NCBI GenBank assembly: GCA_041739995.1 | Contig: JBGSMV010000015.1 | Coordinates: forward strand, 75,854 to 139,853 | Reading direction: 5' to 3' | DNA from: Bdellovibrionota bacterium | GTDB lineage: Bacteria > Bdellovibrionota_C > UBA2361 > JBGSMV01 | DNA: 64,000 nucleotides | Shown: positions 1 to 9,270 of the stretch, piece by piece | How the letters are laid out: the number at the start of each line of letters is the position of its first letter | Position numbering within the stretch: position 1 is the first letter of the stretch | Position numbers and translations under genes: made by a program | The notes under the pieces: model-generated | What the model was told of the DNA's origin: nothing | The model's input: only the letters and a program-made list of their open reading frames with translations | Databases searched by the model: none

Positions 1-135
1 CCTCTTTCGTTCATAAAGCCCAAAAACATGCCGGGGGGCGGTAACCTCCCGGTATGTTACAAATGTTCACAGAATGTGATCACTCACGTTGGTCCTTGTG
101 TGCCAGTGACGAAGAACGCGACAAACGAGCTTTTG

Positions 136-915
136 TCACTCGCTAGGTACAACTTGCATCGAATCTCCGGAGCTCACGAGACGAAAGCCCGTCGCGGGAG
201 CAACCCACACGACGTACTCGATCTCGATGTTCTGCGGAATCTGATCTCGGCCCCAAGGATGATCATCAAGCCGCGAGAACCCTCCGTCCTTTTCCCGAGT
301 ACCGCGAATCACCACCCTCCCCTGGCTCTCCTTGAATCCTGCGCGAGAAAACGCGGTCAGCATTCGATGATCCGAGTCCGGATGGGACTTGACGTGCCCG
401 GCGACCGCCGTCGCACCGCGCTCAGCTGCGACGCTCAACGCACCGCGAAGCAGTGCTTGCCCAATACCCTTGCGTCGGATCTCTCGATCGACACACAGGG
501 AACGAATGAAAGCCGGAACCGGAGTTCCGAGCTGTATGAGACAAGCAACCGTCTTGGCAGCGTAGGTCGAGCTGATTGCCGCCCCGAGATGCAGCACGAG
601 AAATCCGACCACCTTCCCATCGCCCTCGGTGGCATACAGCACCTGCACCGATTCGGGCTCGGTGTCAGCACGATTGAGCGAATCACGCCTCGGCGGAAAC
701 ACCAACCCGCTGCCGGTCAGATGCCAGAGCGAACGATGCGCGAGGTCAAGAATCTCGCGCTTGATGCGATCGGAATGCTTGATCTCGTCTGCCGTCGACG
801 CCGCACTGATTGGCGTGAGCGCGTGAACGCTGATGGTCGAAGCATTGACCGAGGCATCAGAGACCTTGACCTGACCACTTACCATTTCCATGACAAACCT
901 CTCCTTGCTCTCCAA
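136..915 (-). CDS. GNAT-family N-acetyltransferase
   Basis: Acetyl-CoA binding motif A-like FIRSLCVDREIRRKGIGQALL and C-terminal FSRAGF. AGGAGAG upstream of the ATG at 891 suggests a slightly shorter start. Confidence 0.7.
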   Translation of the reverse strand: MESKERFVMEMVSGQVKVSDASVNASTISVHALTPISAASTADEIKHSDRIKREILDLAHRSLWHLTGSGLVFPPRRDSLNRADTEPESVQVLYATEGDGKVVGFLVLHLGAAISSTYAAKTVACLIQLGTPVPAFIRSLCVDREIRRKGIGQALLRGALSVAAERGATAVAGHVKSHPDSDHRMLTAFSRAGFKESQGRVVIRGTREKDGGFSRLDDHPWGRDQIPQNIEIEYVVWVAPATGFRLVSSGDSMQVVPSE

Positions 916-1208
916 TATCGCTGGTGAGCGCTTGCGCCTGCCGTGAAAAAGAATCGCTCCAAGCGACGCTCTTTACCGACAGGTAGGTGAACCTTCTGCC
1001 CTTTAAGGCATGTTTTTGCGATTACGAACGAATTCGATCTACTCGGATAAGGTGGTGGAAATGAGCACGCAAACGCGATCGACGCCTTTGTTGGTCAATC
1101 ACATAACCGTAACCAATTCCTAACACAACTCTAACAGTTGTTAAACTGTTTTTGTCTTGTATATTTAGGTGGTTAGAAGACTTTGGGGCGAATGCAGACG
1201 CGTTTGTG

Positions 1209-1697
1209 CTACTTGGAAGACAGGTTATTGGTTCTGTATTCCTCAGCTACGCGCTCATTGAGCGCGAGCCAGAGAATTCGAAAATTCCCCAGAGCCGCCC
1301 AATACATCTCTTTGAATAATTGAGACTTCTGTTTACCAACAGAGTTGAGCACCACGGGCTGATTACCCTCAATGATCCAGTGGCTCGCAAACAGCACGCC
1401 ATACGTCGCCACCACTTGGGCAAAAAGAGCCAGAATCAGCGCTTCAAGGCCTGAATTGCGCGCATACTGGAATCCAAACACGAGCGAAAAGGTGAAAACC
1501 CCTAAGAGCGTGCCTGCATAATGCCACATTCGAGTTTTCGGATTGCTGTGCTGTGATAGGTAGAGCGGCCAGAATTCTTTGAAGCTCTTCACGGTTGCAG
1601 GGTCAGCGCCCGCTGACGAAACCTGCGGTGGAGTCTGAACTTTTTCATACTCACTTCCCCTACTGTTCCTCTCATTCTCGTCCATAGCACTCTCCAA
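1209..1697 (-). CDS. DUF962/Mpo1-like membrane protein
   Basis: SFKEFWPLYLSQHSNPKTRMWHYAGT and SHWIIEGNQP motifs typical of DUF962; two TM segments. Confidence 0.8.
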   Translation of the reverse strand: MESAMDENERNSRGSEYEKVQTPPQVSSAGADPATVKSFKEFWPLYLSQHSNPKTRMWHYAGTLLGVFTFSLVFGFQYARNSGLEALILALFAQVVATYGVLFASHWIIEGNQPVVLNSVGKQKSQLFKEMYWAALGNFRILWLALNERVAEEYRTNNLSSK

Positions 1698-1905
1698 AAC
1701 TCATAAACTCAAAGGAACTACCAGATCTAACGCATCCTAAAGCTACCACATCCGACTAATTCGCCCAACGCACCCACTCGCAATCCGGCATACCTTTTGC
1801 AGAATAGGTCCATCAGGGTGTTAGTTGGTCGATCGACACTGGTTCCGGGAACCATGTAGGGAACTCGCGTAAAGTGATAGTACGGGCCGTAGAAAGGGAA
1901 GTAGC

Positions 1906-3138
1906 ATGCTACTCAATCACCTTCGGCCATTCTTTCAACAGTCGCCTTTCGACATGCTGTCGCCAAAGCGCCTGGTCAAAATCTTCGTTGCGACGCTGAT
2001 TGCCCAAGCCGCTGTCTCGCTGATTGATTATTCTTACGCACACGCACTCAACTCAAAGTCCATTCGCGTCACTCGCCGGATACAAGCTCGCCTAATAGTT
2101 ACAGACCACGCGCTCTCAAACAAAAAGGATCTGGTCTGCCTTCGCCGCAAACGCGGCCGCACTCCGATTCCAGGCCATCTCAGGAAGAAAAGAAAGGCTT
2201 CTTTCTTTATTCCGTTACGTCGTTCACGAAGAAATATCTCCTCGTTCGAAATGCTTACCTCGGTATGTACTCTAGCTCCCGGCCCTGTCCCTGAATTTAC
2301 CGCCTCGCCAAACCCAACTGCAGCGCCAACAAATAGCGCGACGCCGACTAGCCGAGCCACGGAAACTCCGACTCTTTCTCCCACCGCGGGAGCCACCCAT
2401 ACGCCTACTCGCACCGCCACGGCTACACGAACTGCCACAGTTACCGCCACGCGAACGGCCACCCGTACCCCAACCCGCACAGCGACTTCTGGACCGCCAG
2501 GAACCTCGACTCCAACGCGGACGGCCACCGCCACACCTACCCGCACGGCAACTCATACGGCGACACGCACTCCTACTCGGACCGCGACTCCCACACCAAC
2601 GCGCACTCCGACCATGACGTCAACGCCTACGCCCACAACGGTCGGATGTGTTCCACCTGCTGGCTACTCTCCTATTCGTACCGAAAGTGAATTTCGAAAT
2701 ATGAGTAACAGAAATGGCAACTATTTCTTGTGTAACAACATCCACCTCTCCACTGCGCTTAGCCCGCTTTTCAATAACGAAAGTTTCCGAGGTACTCTTG
2801 ATGGCGGCAACAGAACCTTAAGTGGCGTGTCGCTCATCGCTCCTTCGCTACCCTCATATGGACTAGTGCGAGTTCTTGAAGGTGGCGTCATCCGCAACCT
2901 GACTATCACGAATCCCCAAGTCCACGGCAAAGGTGCCGTGGGTGTAGTTGCAGGTCTTTCTGCAGGAACGATCCAAAACGTCACCATCGTTGGAGGACAA
3001 GTGACTGCTGACCGGCACCCTGCAGGAGTGTTCGTTGGCATTCAAATTAATGGCTCTCTCCAGAATTGCAGTTCGAGCACCTTTGTAACTGCCCAGGGAC
3101 AAACAGGAGATCAATCAATAGGAGTGAGTTTCCCATGA
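1906..3138 (+). CDS. Secreted protein: basic N-domain, Thr/Pro linker, GLUG-like beta-helix C-domain
   Basis: Signal-like hydrophobic segment, ~115-aa TPT/TAT repeat linker, [14 protein letters not shown] and VGVVAG/AGVFVG GLUG-type motifs. Confidence 0.7.
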   Translation: MLLNHLRPFFQQSPFDMLSPKRLVKIFVATLIAQAAVSLIDYSYAHALNSKSIRVTRRIQARLIVTDHALSNKKDLVCLRRKRGRTPIPGHLRKKRKASFFIPLRRSRRNISSFEMLTSVCTLAPGPVPEFTASPNPTAAPTNSATPTSRATETPTLSPTAGATHTPTRTATATRTATVTATRTATRTPTRTATSGPPGTSTPTRTATATPTRTATHTATRTPTRTATPTPTRTPTMTSTPTPTTVGCVPPAGYSPIRTESEFRNMSNRNGNYFLCNNIHLSTALSPLFNNESFRGTLDGGNRTLSGVSLIAPSLPSYGLVRVLEGGVIRNLTITNPQVHGKGAVGVVAGLSAGTIQNVTIVGGQVTADRHPAGVFVGIQINGSLQNCSSSTFVTAQGQTGDQSIGVSFP

Positions 3139-3938
3139 TGCGAAAGCTAATACTTTTCTCTCTTCTCTTCGGCATAACCGCACCCGTGGCATTGGCTGCA
3201 CCCGATGCGGTCAGGGTCACGCGCAAGATCAGTGCGCTTCTGATTCATACCGGTGAACGCCTGCCAAACAGAAAAGCTCTGGTGTGTTTGCAGCGCAACC
3301 CTAAGAAAGCACCTGCTCCTGGGTGGTTGAGAAAGGTCAAAAAGGTCCACGAATGGGTGCCTTTTAAAAAGACCAGAAAGAATCGAACAGCATTCAAGGC
3401 CATTAAGGCCAAGTGTATCTCCCACGCCCCGGCTCCTTCTGAGTGTATTGCACCCCAAGGATTTGTCGGGATCTCTAGTGCAGAGACCTTCGCCCATCTC
3501 TCTGACCCGGAAGGAAAATACTTCCTATGTAACGACATTGAATTCCCACAACCAATTGCTCCTTTAATGAACTCGCAAGCGTTCAAGGGAACTCTTGACG
3601 GAAATGGGAAGTCAATTCGTGGACTTCAAATCATTCGTCCGAACGAACCCTCCATCGGACTGTTTCGTGTGCTGCAAGGCGCCACCATTAAGAACCTGCG
3701 CATCATCGCACCAAGCGTGCAGGGCAAGGGCGTAGTGGGAGTCCTCGCCGGAATATCAACGGCAACCATAGAACGAGTGGTGGTTGAAGGCGGCGGAGTC
3801 GTCTCCGAGCGTTATCCCGCTGGTTCTCTCGTCGGTGTGCAGCTAGGCGGAAACATCAACGCGTCAGAAGCCAGTGCAAGTGTCACGGCGCAGGGGCAAC
3901 GCGCAGACATGATGCGAGGACTCTCGTTTCCTCCCTGA
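3135..3938 (+). CDS. Secreted GLUG-like protein, tandem paralog of the upstream gene without the Thr/Pro linker
   Basis: ATG at 3135 overlaps the upstream TGA (ATGA); signal peptide [13 protein letters not shown]; co-linear similarity ([21 protein letters not shown]). Confidence 0.75.
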   Translation: MMRKLILFSLLFGITAPVALAAPDAVRVTRKISALLIHTGERLPNRKALVCLQRNPKKAPAPGWLRKVKKVHEWVPFKKTRKNRTAFKAIKAKCISHAPAPSECIAPQGFVGISSAETFAHLSDPEGKYFLCNDIEFPQPIAPLMNSQAFKGTLDGNGKSIRGLQIIRPNEPSIGLFRVLQGATIKNLRIIAPSVQGKGVVGVLAGISTATIERVVVEGGGVVSERYPAGSLVGVQLGGNINASEASASVTAQGQRADMMRGLSFPP

Positions 3939-3971
3939 ACTCACCAGTGACTTTAGGTCCTCTCATAATAT

Positions 3972-4028
3972 TCAACCAAACGGTTGACACTGTGCCTCGC
4001 GCTGCTCTATATTCAACCATATGGTTGA
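3972..4028 (+). promoter_or_regulatory. Sigma70-type promoter overlapped by two palindromic operators TCAACC-N4-GGTTGA
   Basis: TCAACCaaacGGTTGA at 3972-3987 and TCAACCatatGGTTGA at 4013-4028; TTGACA at 3984-3989 and TATATT at 4008-4013. Confidence 0.75.
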
Positions 4029-4413
4029 TAAAGATGCCCTTCAATTAGATAGAGTTTTTCATGCGCTGTCGGATGCGACCAGGCGCGCGATCCTTGAACA
4101 GCTTGCCCACGGTGAGCAAAGCGTCACAGAAGTAGCAGAGCCTCATGATCAAACTCTGGCAGGAATTTCGAAGCACCTAAAGGTGCTCGAGGCAGCTTCT
4201 CTAATTGAGAAGACGCGTCTCGGCAGAGTGATTCAGTGTCGGGCTACTCTTGAGCCACTTGGGTCCGCTTACGCAGCTTTAGAAGAACTGGGGGCTTTCT
4301 GGCGTAAGAAGCTAGAGGCGCTCGATCTATTTTTGAAGGAAGAAAAGGAGCATATAAATGACAAGCAAAGTACAACATCCAAAAGTCGTCGTAAAAAAAT
4401 TCGTTCACGCTGA
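4021..4413 (+). CDS. ArsR/SmtB-family transcriptional regulator
   Basis: VFHALSDATRRAIL...ISKHLKVLEAASLI winged HTH; followed by an SRPBCC gene. Confidence 0.92.
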   Translation: MVDKDALQLDRVFHALSDATRRAILEQLAHGEQSVTEVAEPHDQTLAGISKHLKVLEAASLIEKTRLGRVIQCRATLEPLGSAYAALEELGAFWRKKLEALDLFLKEEKEHINDKQSTTSKSRRKKIRSR

Positions 4414-4840
4414 CTGTGAGCGAGTATTTGACGCCTGGACAAAGCCCGAACTAATGCAGCAGTGGATGATTCCCGGAGACGGTACTGCAAAAACATCGAA
4501 CGACTTTCGCGTTGGCGGTTCATACAGTCATGAGATGATAAAGCAACAGGCCGCGTCAGACTGCGTGGGCGGAACCGCGTGCGCTGATGGAACATTTAGC
4601 TACATGCACGAAGGTATCTACGAAGAGATCAATCGCCCTCACCGGCTTGTCTTCACCTGGAACTCACCAGCCGTACAGAACACGCGAGTGACCGTTGAGC
4701 TAAAAGCCCAAGACGGTGGGACCGCTGTCACGGTCACCCACGAGTTGATTGACTCCGACGAACAGCGACAGAGTCATACTAGCGGATGGGAAGGGTGCTT
4801 GGAAAACCTGGCTTTGTTTTCGAAAGCAGCGGGCAAGTAA
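4358..4840 (+). CDS. SRPBCC/AHSA1-domain protein
   Basis: RVFDAWTKPELMQQW, DFRVGGSY, RLVFTW, GWEGCLENL motifs. Confidence 0.9.
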   Translation: MTSKVQHPKVVVKKFVHADCERVFDAWTKPELMQQWMIPGDGTAKTSNDFRVGGSYSHEMIKQQAASDCVGGTACADGTFSYMHEGIYEEINRPHRLVFTWNSPAVQNTRVTVELKAQDGGTAVTVTHELIDSDEQRQSHTSGWEGCLENLALFSKAAGK

Positions 4841-4887
4841 TATTTACTCACGCGATCCGAAGGCGCGCGGTGTTCTGCGCCGTTTCG

Positions 4888-4965
4888 TTTTCACCACGGA
4901 GTTACACAGAGGATCTCAGAGGAAAGAGTTTTCCTCTGTGTAACTCCGTGTCCTCTGTGGTGAAA
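4888..4965. repeat. Long palindromic intergenic element (REP-like hairpin or terminator)
   Basis: CACGGAGTTACACAGAGGA pairs perfectly with TCCTCTGTGTAACTCCGTG (4932-4950); outer TTTCACCAC/GTGGTGAAA also complementary. Confidence 0.7.
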
Positions 4966-5312
4966 TAGAGCGGTGCTGAAATGTAATACTTCGCAGTTCA
5001 CGACGATCACCCACTTCCGTTCTCGGTCGCTCACGTACTGCCTTTCAGCTTTTTGCCTAGGCCTCCATAGGCAATGCGAGGGGTGAACTCTCCATAAATT
5101 CCTGAGTCCTTGCGAGGCGTTTCTCAGTTGTAGAAACGGTCACCCTCTCTTTTCGACTGATTCGAACTGATGCGCTCCCTAAAGCGACCCTTTCCCAAGC
5201 AACCAAGTTCTTAAGCGGCAAAGGTTTTTTCATATGCTCATGCTTTAGTGCCGTTTCAACGACACTTCTAATGGGGGTAGGGATTCAGGAAGCGTTTGAG
5301 GGAGAGTCCCCT

Positions 5313-6635
5313 ATGCTATCTATGAGAGTCCCAGGAATTTATCTCACCTGTACGGCGCTTCTGAGCTTGGCTCTCACCTGGGAACCCTGCACCGCCGAGG
5401 CCCAATTCAAACTTAAGCACCTAGGGAAGTCTGAAATATCTGTCCATATAGACGAACAGCTCTTCGCCTCATTTGCTAACGCAACGGACATAGAGATAAC
5501 ACTTAACGGCCCACCACGTGCCCACTTCATGCTTGCGGTCGGAAGCTCGAGCCAGCTCTTTGCAGAACGTCCCAGCTCTCGTCCACTTCCGGGCGTATCG
5601 TTGATAGAGGGCGAGTTTGATCGAAACGGCGAGGCCTCTCTCGAACTAGATCTGAGTGGCTTCAATGTCGCCCGAGTATACGTTCAAGCCGCCTTGGACA
5701 AGCGCGGATTGTGGCGCGATACTTCACTGACCCCCGTTCGCACTCTTGTCGATCTTGAAAGAGTCTTAAAATCAGGTGGGGTGATTCCGGCCGAACCAAT
5801 AGTCGGCCCCACTGGGCCGAAGGGAGATACGGGCGAAATTGGGCTCCCGGGAGAACCTGGGATCGCCGGTCCCCAAGGTCCAATGGGAGAGACAGGTGCA
5901 ATCGGTGCAACTGGGCCGGCTGGAGCTGTCGGACCGATGGGTCCACAAGGGCTTCAAGGATTGCGAGGTGATGCGGGTGCTGACGGAATCGCTGGCGCGA
6001 CTGGTCCTCAAGGGGTGAAAGGCGACACTGGTGTTGCCGGTCCACAAGGGGAACGCGGAGCTGATGGTGCGGTCGGTGCAACCGGACCACAGGGCATCGC
6101 CGGACTACAAGGACTTCCAGGCATTGCCGGGCAAAAAGGCGACAAAGGCGATGTAGGACCGCAGGGTCCCGTAGGTCCTGCCGGCCCCGCTGGCTCAGGA
6201 GGCGGAGGTGCGGCAACATTCATCGGCTGGTCTGGCGGTTGCCCTCGAACCCTGTCAAGCGCAGGCTGGAATAGGTACTGCGCTGAAGGTACCGACTTCA
6301 ACACAGCGCAGAGCCATCTCTCCGTTGCGCCTGACGGCACCATAACTGTACTGCAAGCTGGCTTCTATCAAGTGAGCATGGCTGCCTCAACGCAAGTCTC
6401 TTCTCTTGGATTTATAAGGCTCATGAGACAAGGCACTACCGTACAGATTGGAAGTGCCACCGCAAACAATAACCTTGATGATCTTCGAGTCGACATCGCC
6501 TGGCCGTTCGCAGTCGGCGACAAGATCGTGATTGAGGTCTTCAACGCTGCCGCCAACATCAGTGGAACAGGCCCTTGGTCGCCTACGGATGCCTATAGCC
6601 GCATGCAGGTGACTTATCTTGGTCCCGCACAATAA
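5313..6635 (+). CDS. Secreted collagen-like protein with C-terminal C1q/TNF-like beta domain
   Basis: 43 uninterrupted Gly-X-Y triplets; signal-like N-terminus; [14 protein letters not shown] motif; GAGGGAG RBS before ATG 5313. Confidence 0.85.
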   Translation: MLSMRVPGIYLTCTALLSLALTWEPCTAEAQFKLKHLGKSEISVHIDEQLFASFANATDIEITLNGPPRAHFMLAVGSSSQLFAERPSSRPLPGVSLIEGEFDRNGEASLELDLSGFNVARVYVQAALDKRGLWRDTSLTPVRTLVDLERVLKSGGVIPAEPIVGPTGPKGDTGEIGLPGEPGIAGPQGPMGETGAIGATGPAGAVGPMGPQGLQGLRGDAGADGIAGATGPQGVKGDTGVAGPQGERGADGAVGATGPQGIAGLQGLPGIAGQKGDKGDVGPQGPVGPAGPAGSGGGGAATFIGWSGGCPRTLSSAGWNRYCAEGTDFNTAQSHLSVAPDGTITVLQAGFYQVSMAASTQVSSLGFIRLMRQGTTVQIGSATANNNLDDLRVDIAWPFAVGDKIVIEVFNAAANISGTGPWSPTDAYSRMQVTYLGPAQ

Positions 6636-6667
6636 GGCCAATAAACATTGCGCTTACAAATGGACTC

Positions 6668-7444
6668 TCACTCCTCGTCGCGCGCAATGACTATGCCATA
6701 CGAGAGGCTCGCCAAGTCAGTCATGTGGTCTGACATCATACGCTGAAACATCATGGTCTGCTCCAAGATATGCGGTACCGCATTTTCAGGAACACCACCC
6801 TGAAAGGCTTGATCAGAGAGATGAAGTCGAAAACCCTGGAGCATCGACTTGAGATCTTTGGCGTGAGTTTGCGCACGAACGGTTAAAGGATCGCATGCTG
6901 CTATGGAGAGCACCTTGGTGAGTGTCTGAATCACCTTAGAACACCCATCAACAATTTCATCTGTGGTAACTGCCGGCATTGATCGGGATGAAAAGCCAAA
7001 CCCAAGCGATGGTCGACCAGTATTCTTTTCCACAAATTCGTCGAGCATACCGTAGAGAGCCCGACTCAGATCTCTAACCATCGACACAGGATGATCGCCA
7101 GGCAAAGCCTCCGGCCCCTTCCTTGATCCTGCCGAGGGCTGTGTGAGCTCAGAAAACACCTCTTCGCTACCAGATGCAGAATTTGTAGCTGTAAGCGGCT
7201 TCCTATGTCCCGCTGGACTGTGTGCGTGCCTACGTTCAGGTGGATGCGGGGGCAGCTTTCTTCTCGTCGTACCCGAGAGGTCTTGTATCGGTTCTGGCGT
7301 AGCCTCATGGTTTGGCTTTGCTGCGTTGGATTCACCGGCAACTTCGCTATCACTCGACATCAGAGCACCCGACATAACGGCACTCGACATGCCTGGAAAT
7401 CGATGTCCACCGCTCGCTGGCTGCTCTCTAAAACTCTGCTGCAT
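6668..7444 (-). CDS. Hypothetical protein (disordered N-half, helical C-half)
   Basis: 258-aa ORF filling the gap between convergent/divergent neighbours; GAGGG upstream; no motif recognised. Confidence 0.55.
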   Translation of the reverse strand: MQQSFREQPASGGHRFPGMSSAVMSGALMSSDSEVAGESNAAKPNHEATPEPIQDLSGTTRRKLPPHPPERRHAHSPAGHRKPLTATNSASGSEEVFSELTQPSAGSRKGPEALPGDHPVSMVRDLSRALYGMLDEFVEKNTGRPSLGFGFSSRSMPAVTTDEIVDGCSKVIQTLTKVLSIAACDPLTVRAQTHAKDLKSMLQGFRLHLSDQAFQGGVPENAVPHILEQTMMFQRMMSDHMTDLASLSYGIVIARDEE

Positions 7445-7628
7445 AACGTCACCCTCAATAAACCTTCATCCACTTAAATTCGCTCACTTTCGATGCAAGG
7501 TTTTTGCTAACGTCGTGCTCACACTTGAATTACCCCCCTTCCACACCCACAACTAAGGGAACCCCTTTGTTATTGCTCTCAGGCATGCCTTGAGGATACG
7601 CTCTGCTAGCTAAGTTATTGAGCCAGCT

Positions 7629-9251
7629 ATGAAATTGACTTCTTCTCTCAGCACCTCAAGTCCTGATTTTCGGGCAAATCGAGAGCACTCTGAACGGTTG
7701 CTCGGTCAGCTGGGCGATCGGCTCTCAGAAGCCGCCGGAAGCCCCTCGGATTCGTCCATTGTACGGCACAAATCTCGCGGGAAACTGTTGGCCCGAGAAC
7801 GCGTCGAACACCTGATTGATCCCGGTAGTCCTTTTTTAGAACTCTCCGCATTGGCGGGCCTTGAGCTGTACGAGGGAGTAAGACCAGGGGCAGGAATCAT
7901 TACCGGCATAGGCCGGGTCTCTGGTCGCGAGTGCATGATTGTCGCGAACGACGCGACCGTGAAAGGTGGCACCTACTTTCCACTGACTGTGAAGAAACAC
8001 CTTCGTGCGCAAGAGATAGCTCTGGAGAACCATCTCCCCTGCTTATACCTGGTCGATTCTGGTGGTGCCTTCCTTCCGCTACAAGACGAAGTATTTCCTG
8101 ACCGTGACCACTTTGGACGCATCTTCTATAATCAAGCCCGCATGAGCGCGGCACGCATTCCACAGATTGCCGCCGTCATGGGGTCTTGCACCGCAGGTGG
8201 TGCCTACGTTCCCGCCATGAGCGACGAAGCCATCATCGTTCGTGAACAAGGCACTATCTTTCTGGGCGGCCCTCCACTGGTAAAAGCAGCGACGGGAGTA
8301 GACATTTCAGCTGAAGAACTAGGCGGCGCAGACGTGCACTGCCGCATTAGTGGCGTCGCTGACCATATCGCTGACGACGACTATCATGCGCTTCAGATCA
8401 TGCGCCGCATTGTCGCGAACTTAGGTGTCGCCCCCCAGTCCCTTTTTGACCTCGCCACCCCTGTTCCTCCCGCATACGACCCCAACGAGATCCTTGGACT
8501 CATTCCTGCTGAACCAAAGAAATATTTCCCGATGCGAGAAATTCTCGCTCGCATGCTGGATGAGAGCGTGCTTGACGAATTCAAGCGCACCTACGGGGAA
8601 TCCGTCATCTGTGGTTTTGCACGCCTCGAGGGCATGCTTATTGGAGTGATTGCCAACGACGGCATTCTGTTTTCAGAAAGTGCGGTAAAAGTCGCGCACT
8701 TTATTCAGCTCTGCAATCAACGCCGCATTCCGTTGCTCTTCATGCAAAACATCGTCGGCTTCATGGTAGGCAAAGACTATGAGCATGGCGGCATTGCTAA
8801 GCACGGCGCCAAAATGGTTACTGCGGTTTCTTGCTGCACAGTCCCTAAATTGACTCTTCTAGTGGGTGGCTCTTTCGGCGCCGGCAACTACGGAATGGCT
8901 GGTCGTGCTTATCAGCCTCGCTTCTTGTTCTCGTGGCCAAACTCTAGAATCTCGGTGATGGGTCCCGAACAAGCAGCCAGCGTACTTACCCAAGTCCGCC
9001 GAGAAGGCGCAGAACACAAAGGCAAAAAGACTTCTGAAAAAGAGCTCGACGCATATCGCCAAGAAATCGAGGCACGTTACAACGCACAAGCTTCAGCGTT
9101 TTATGCCACCGCACGCCTTTGGGACGACGGTATAATTAATCCCTTACAAACCCGCTGTGTGCTCGCATTAGCGCTTGCGGCCAGCATGAACCGATCACAT
9201 CAGCAGCAAAGCTCGACCTCTCAGTCGGACTTTGGAATTTTTAGAATGTAA
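7629..9251 (+). CDS. liuB: Methylcrotonyl-CoA carboxylase-type carboxyltransferase (beta) subunit
   Basis: [53 protein letters not shown]-terminal FGIFRM. Confidence 0.9.
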   Translation: MKLTSSLSTSSPDFRANREHSERLLGQLGDRLSEAAGSPSDSSIVRHKSRGKLLARERVEHLIDPGSPFLELSALAGLELYEGVRPGAGIITGIGRVSGRECMIVANDATVKGGTYFPLTVKKHLRAQEIALENHLPCLYLVDSGGAFLPLQDEVFPDRDHFGRIFYNQARMSAARIPQIAAVMGSCTAGGAYVPAMSDEAIIVREQGTIFLGGPPLVKAATGVDISAEELGGADVHCRISGVADHIADDDYHALQIMRRIVANLGVAPQSLFDLATPVPPAYDPNEILGLIPAEPKKYFPMREILARMLDESVLDEFKRTYGESVICGFARLEGMLIGVIANDGILFSESAVKVAHFIQLCNQRRIPLLFMQNIVGFMVGKDYEHGGIAKHGAKMVTAVSCCTVPKLTLLVGGSFGAGNYGMAGRAYQPRFLFSWPNSRISVMGPEQAASVLTQVRREGAEHKGKKTSEKELDAYRQEIEARYNAQASAFYATARLWDDGIINPLQTRCVLALALAASMNRSHQQQSSTSQSDFGIFRM

Positions 9252-9270
9252 CTTTCGATTGCAGTTCTCA

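Noticed and set aside
28..927. 299-aa plus-strand ORF
   Set aside because: Antisense shadow of the GNAT gene, which has the recognisable motif.
1109..1175. AT-rich imperfect palindrome centred on AACAGTT-GTTA-AACTGTT
   Set aside because: Could be a terminator or operator, but pairing is weak and the sequence low-complexity; not enough support.
2034..2546. Val/Ala/Arg repeat ORF on the minus strand
   Set aside because: Antisense reading of the Thr/Pro linker.
5313..6635. Prophage tail fibre
   Set aside because: The protein has a signal-like N-terminus and there are no phage genes nearby.
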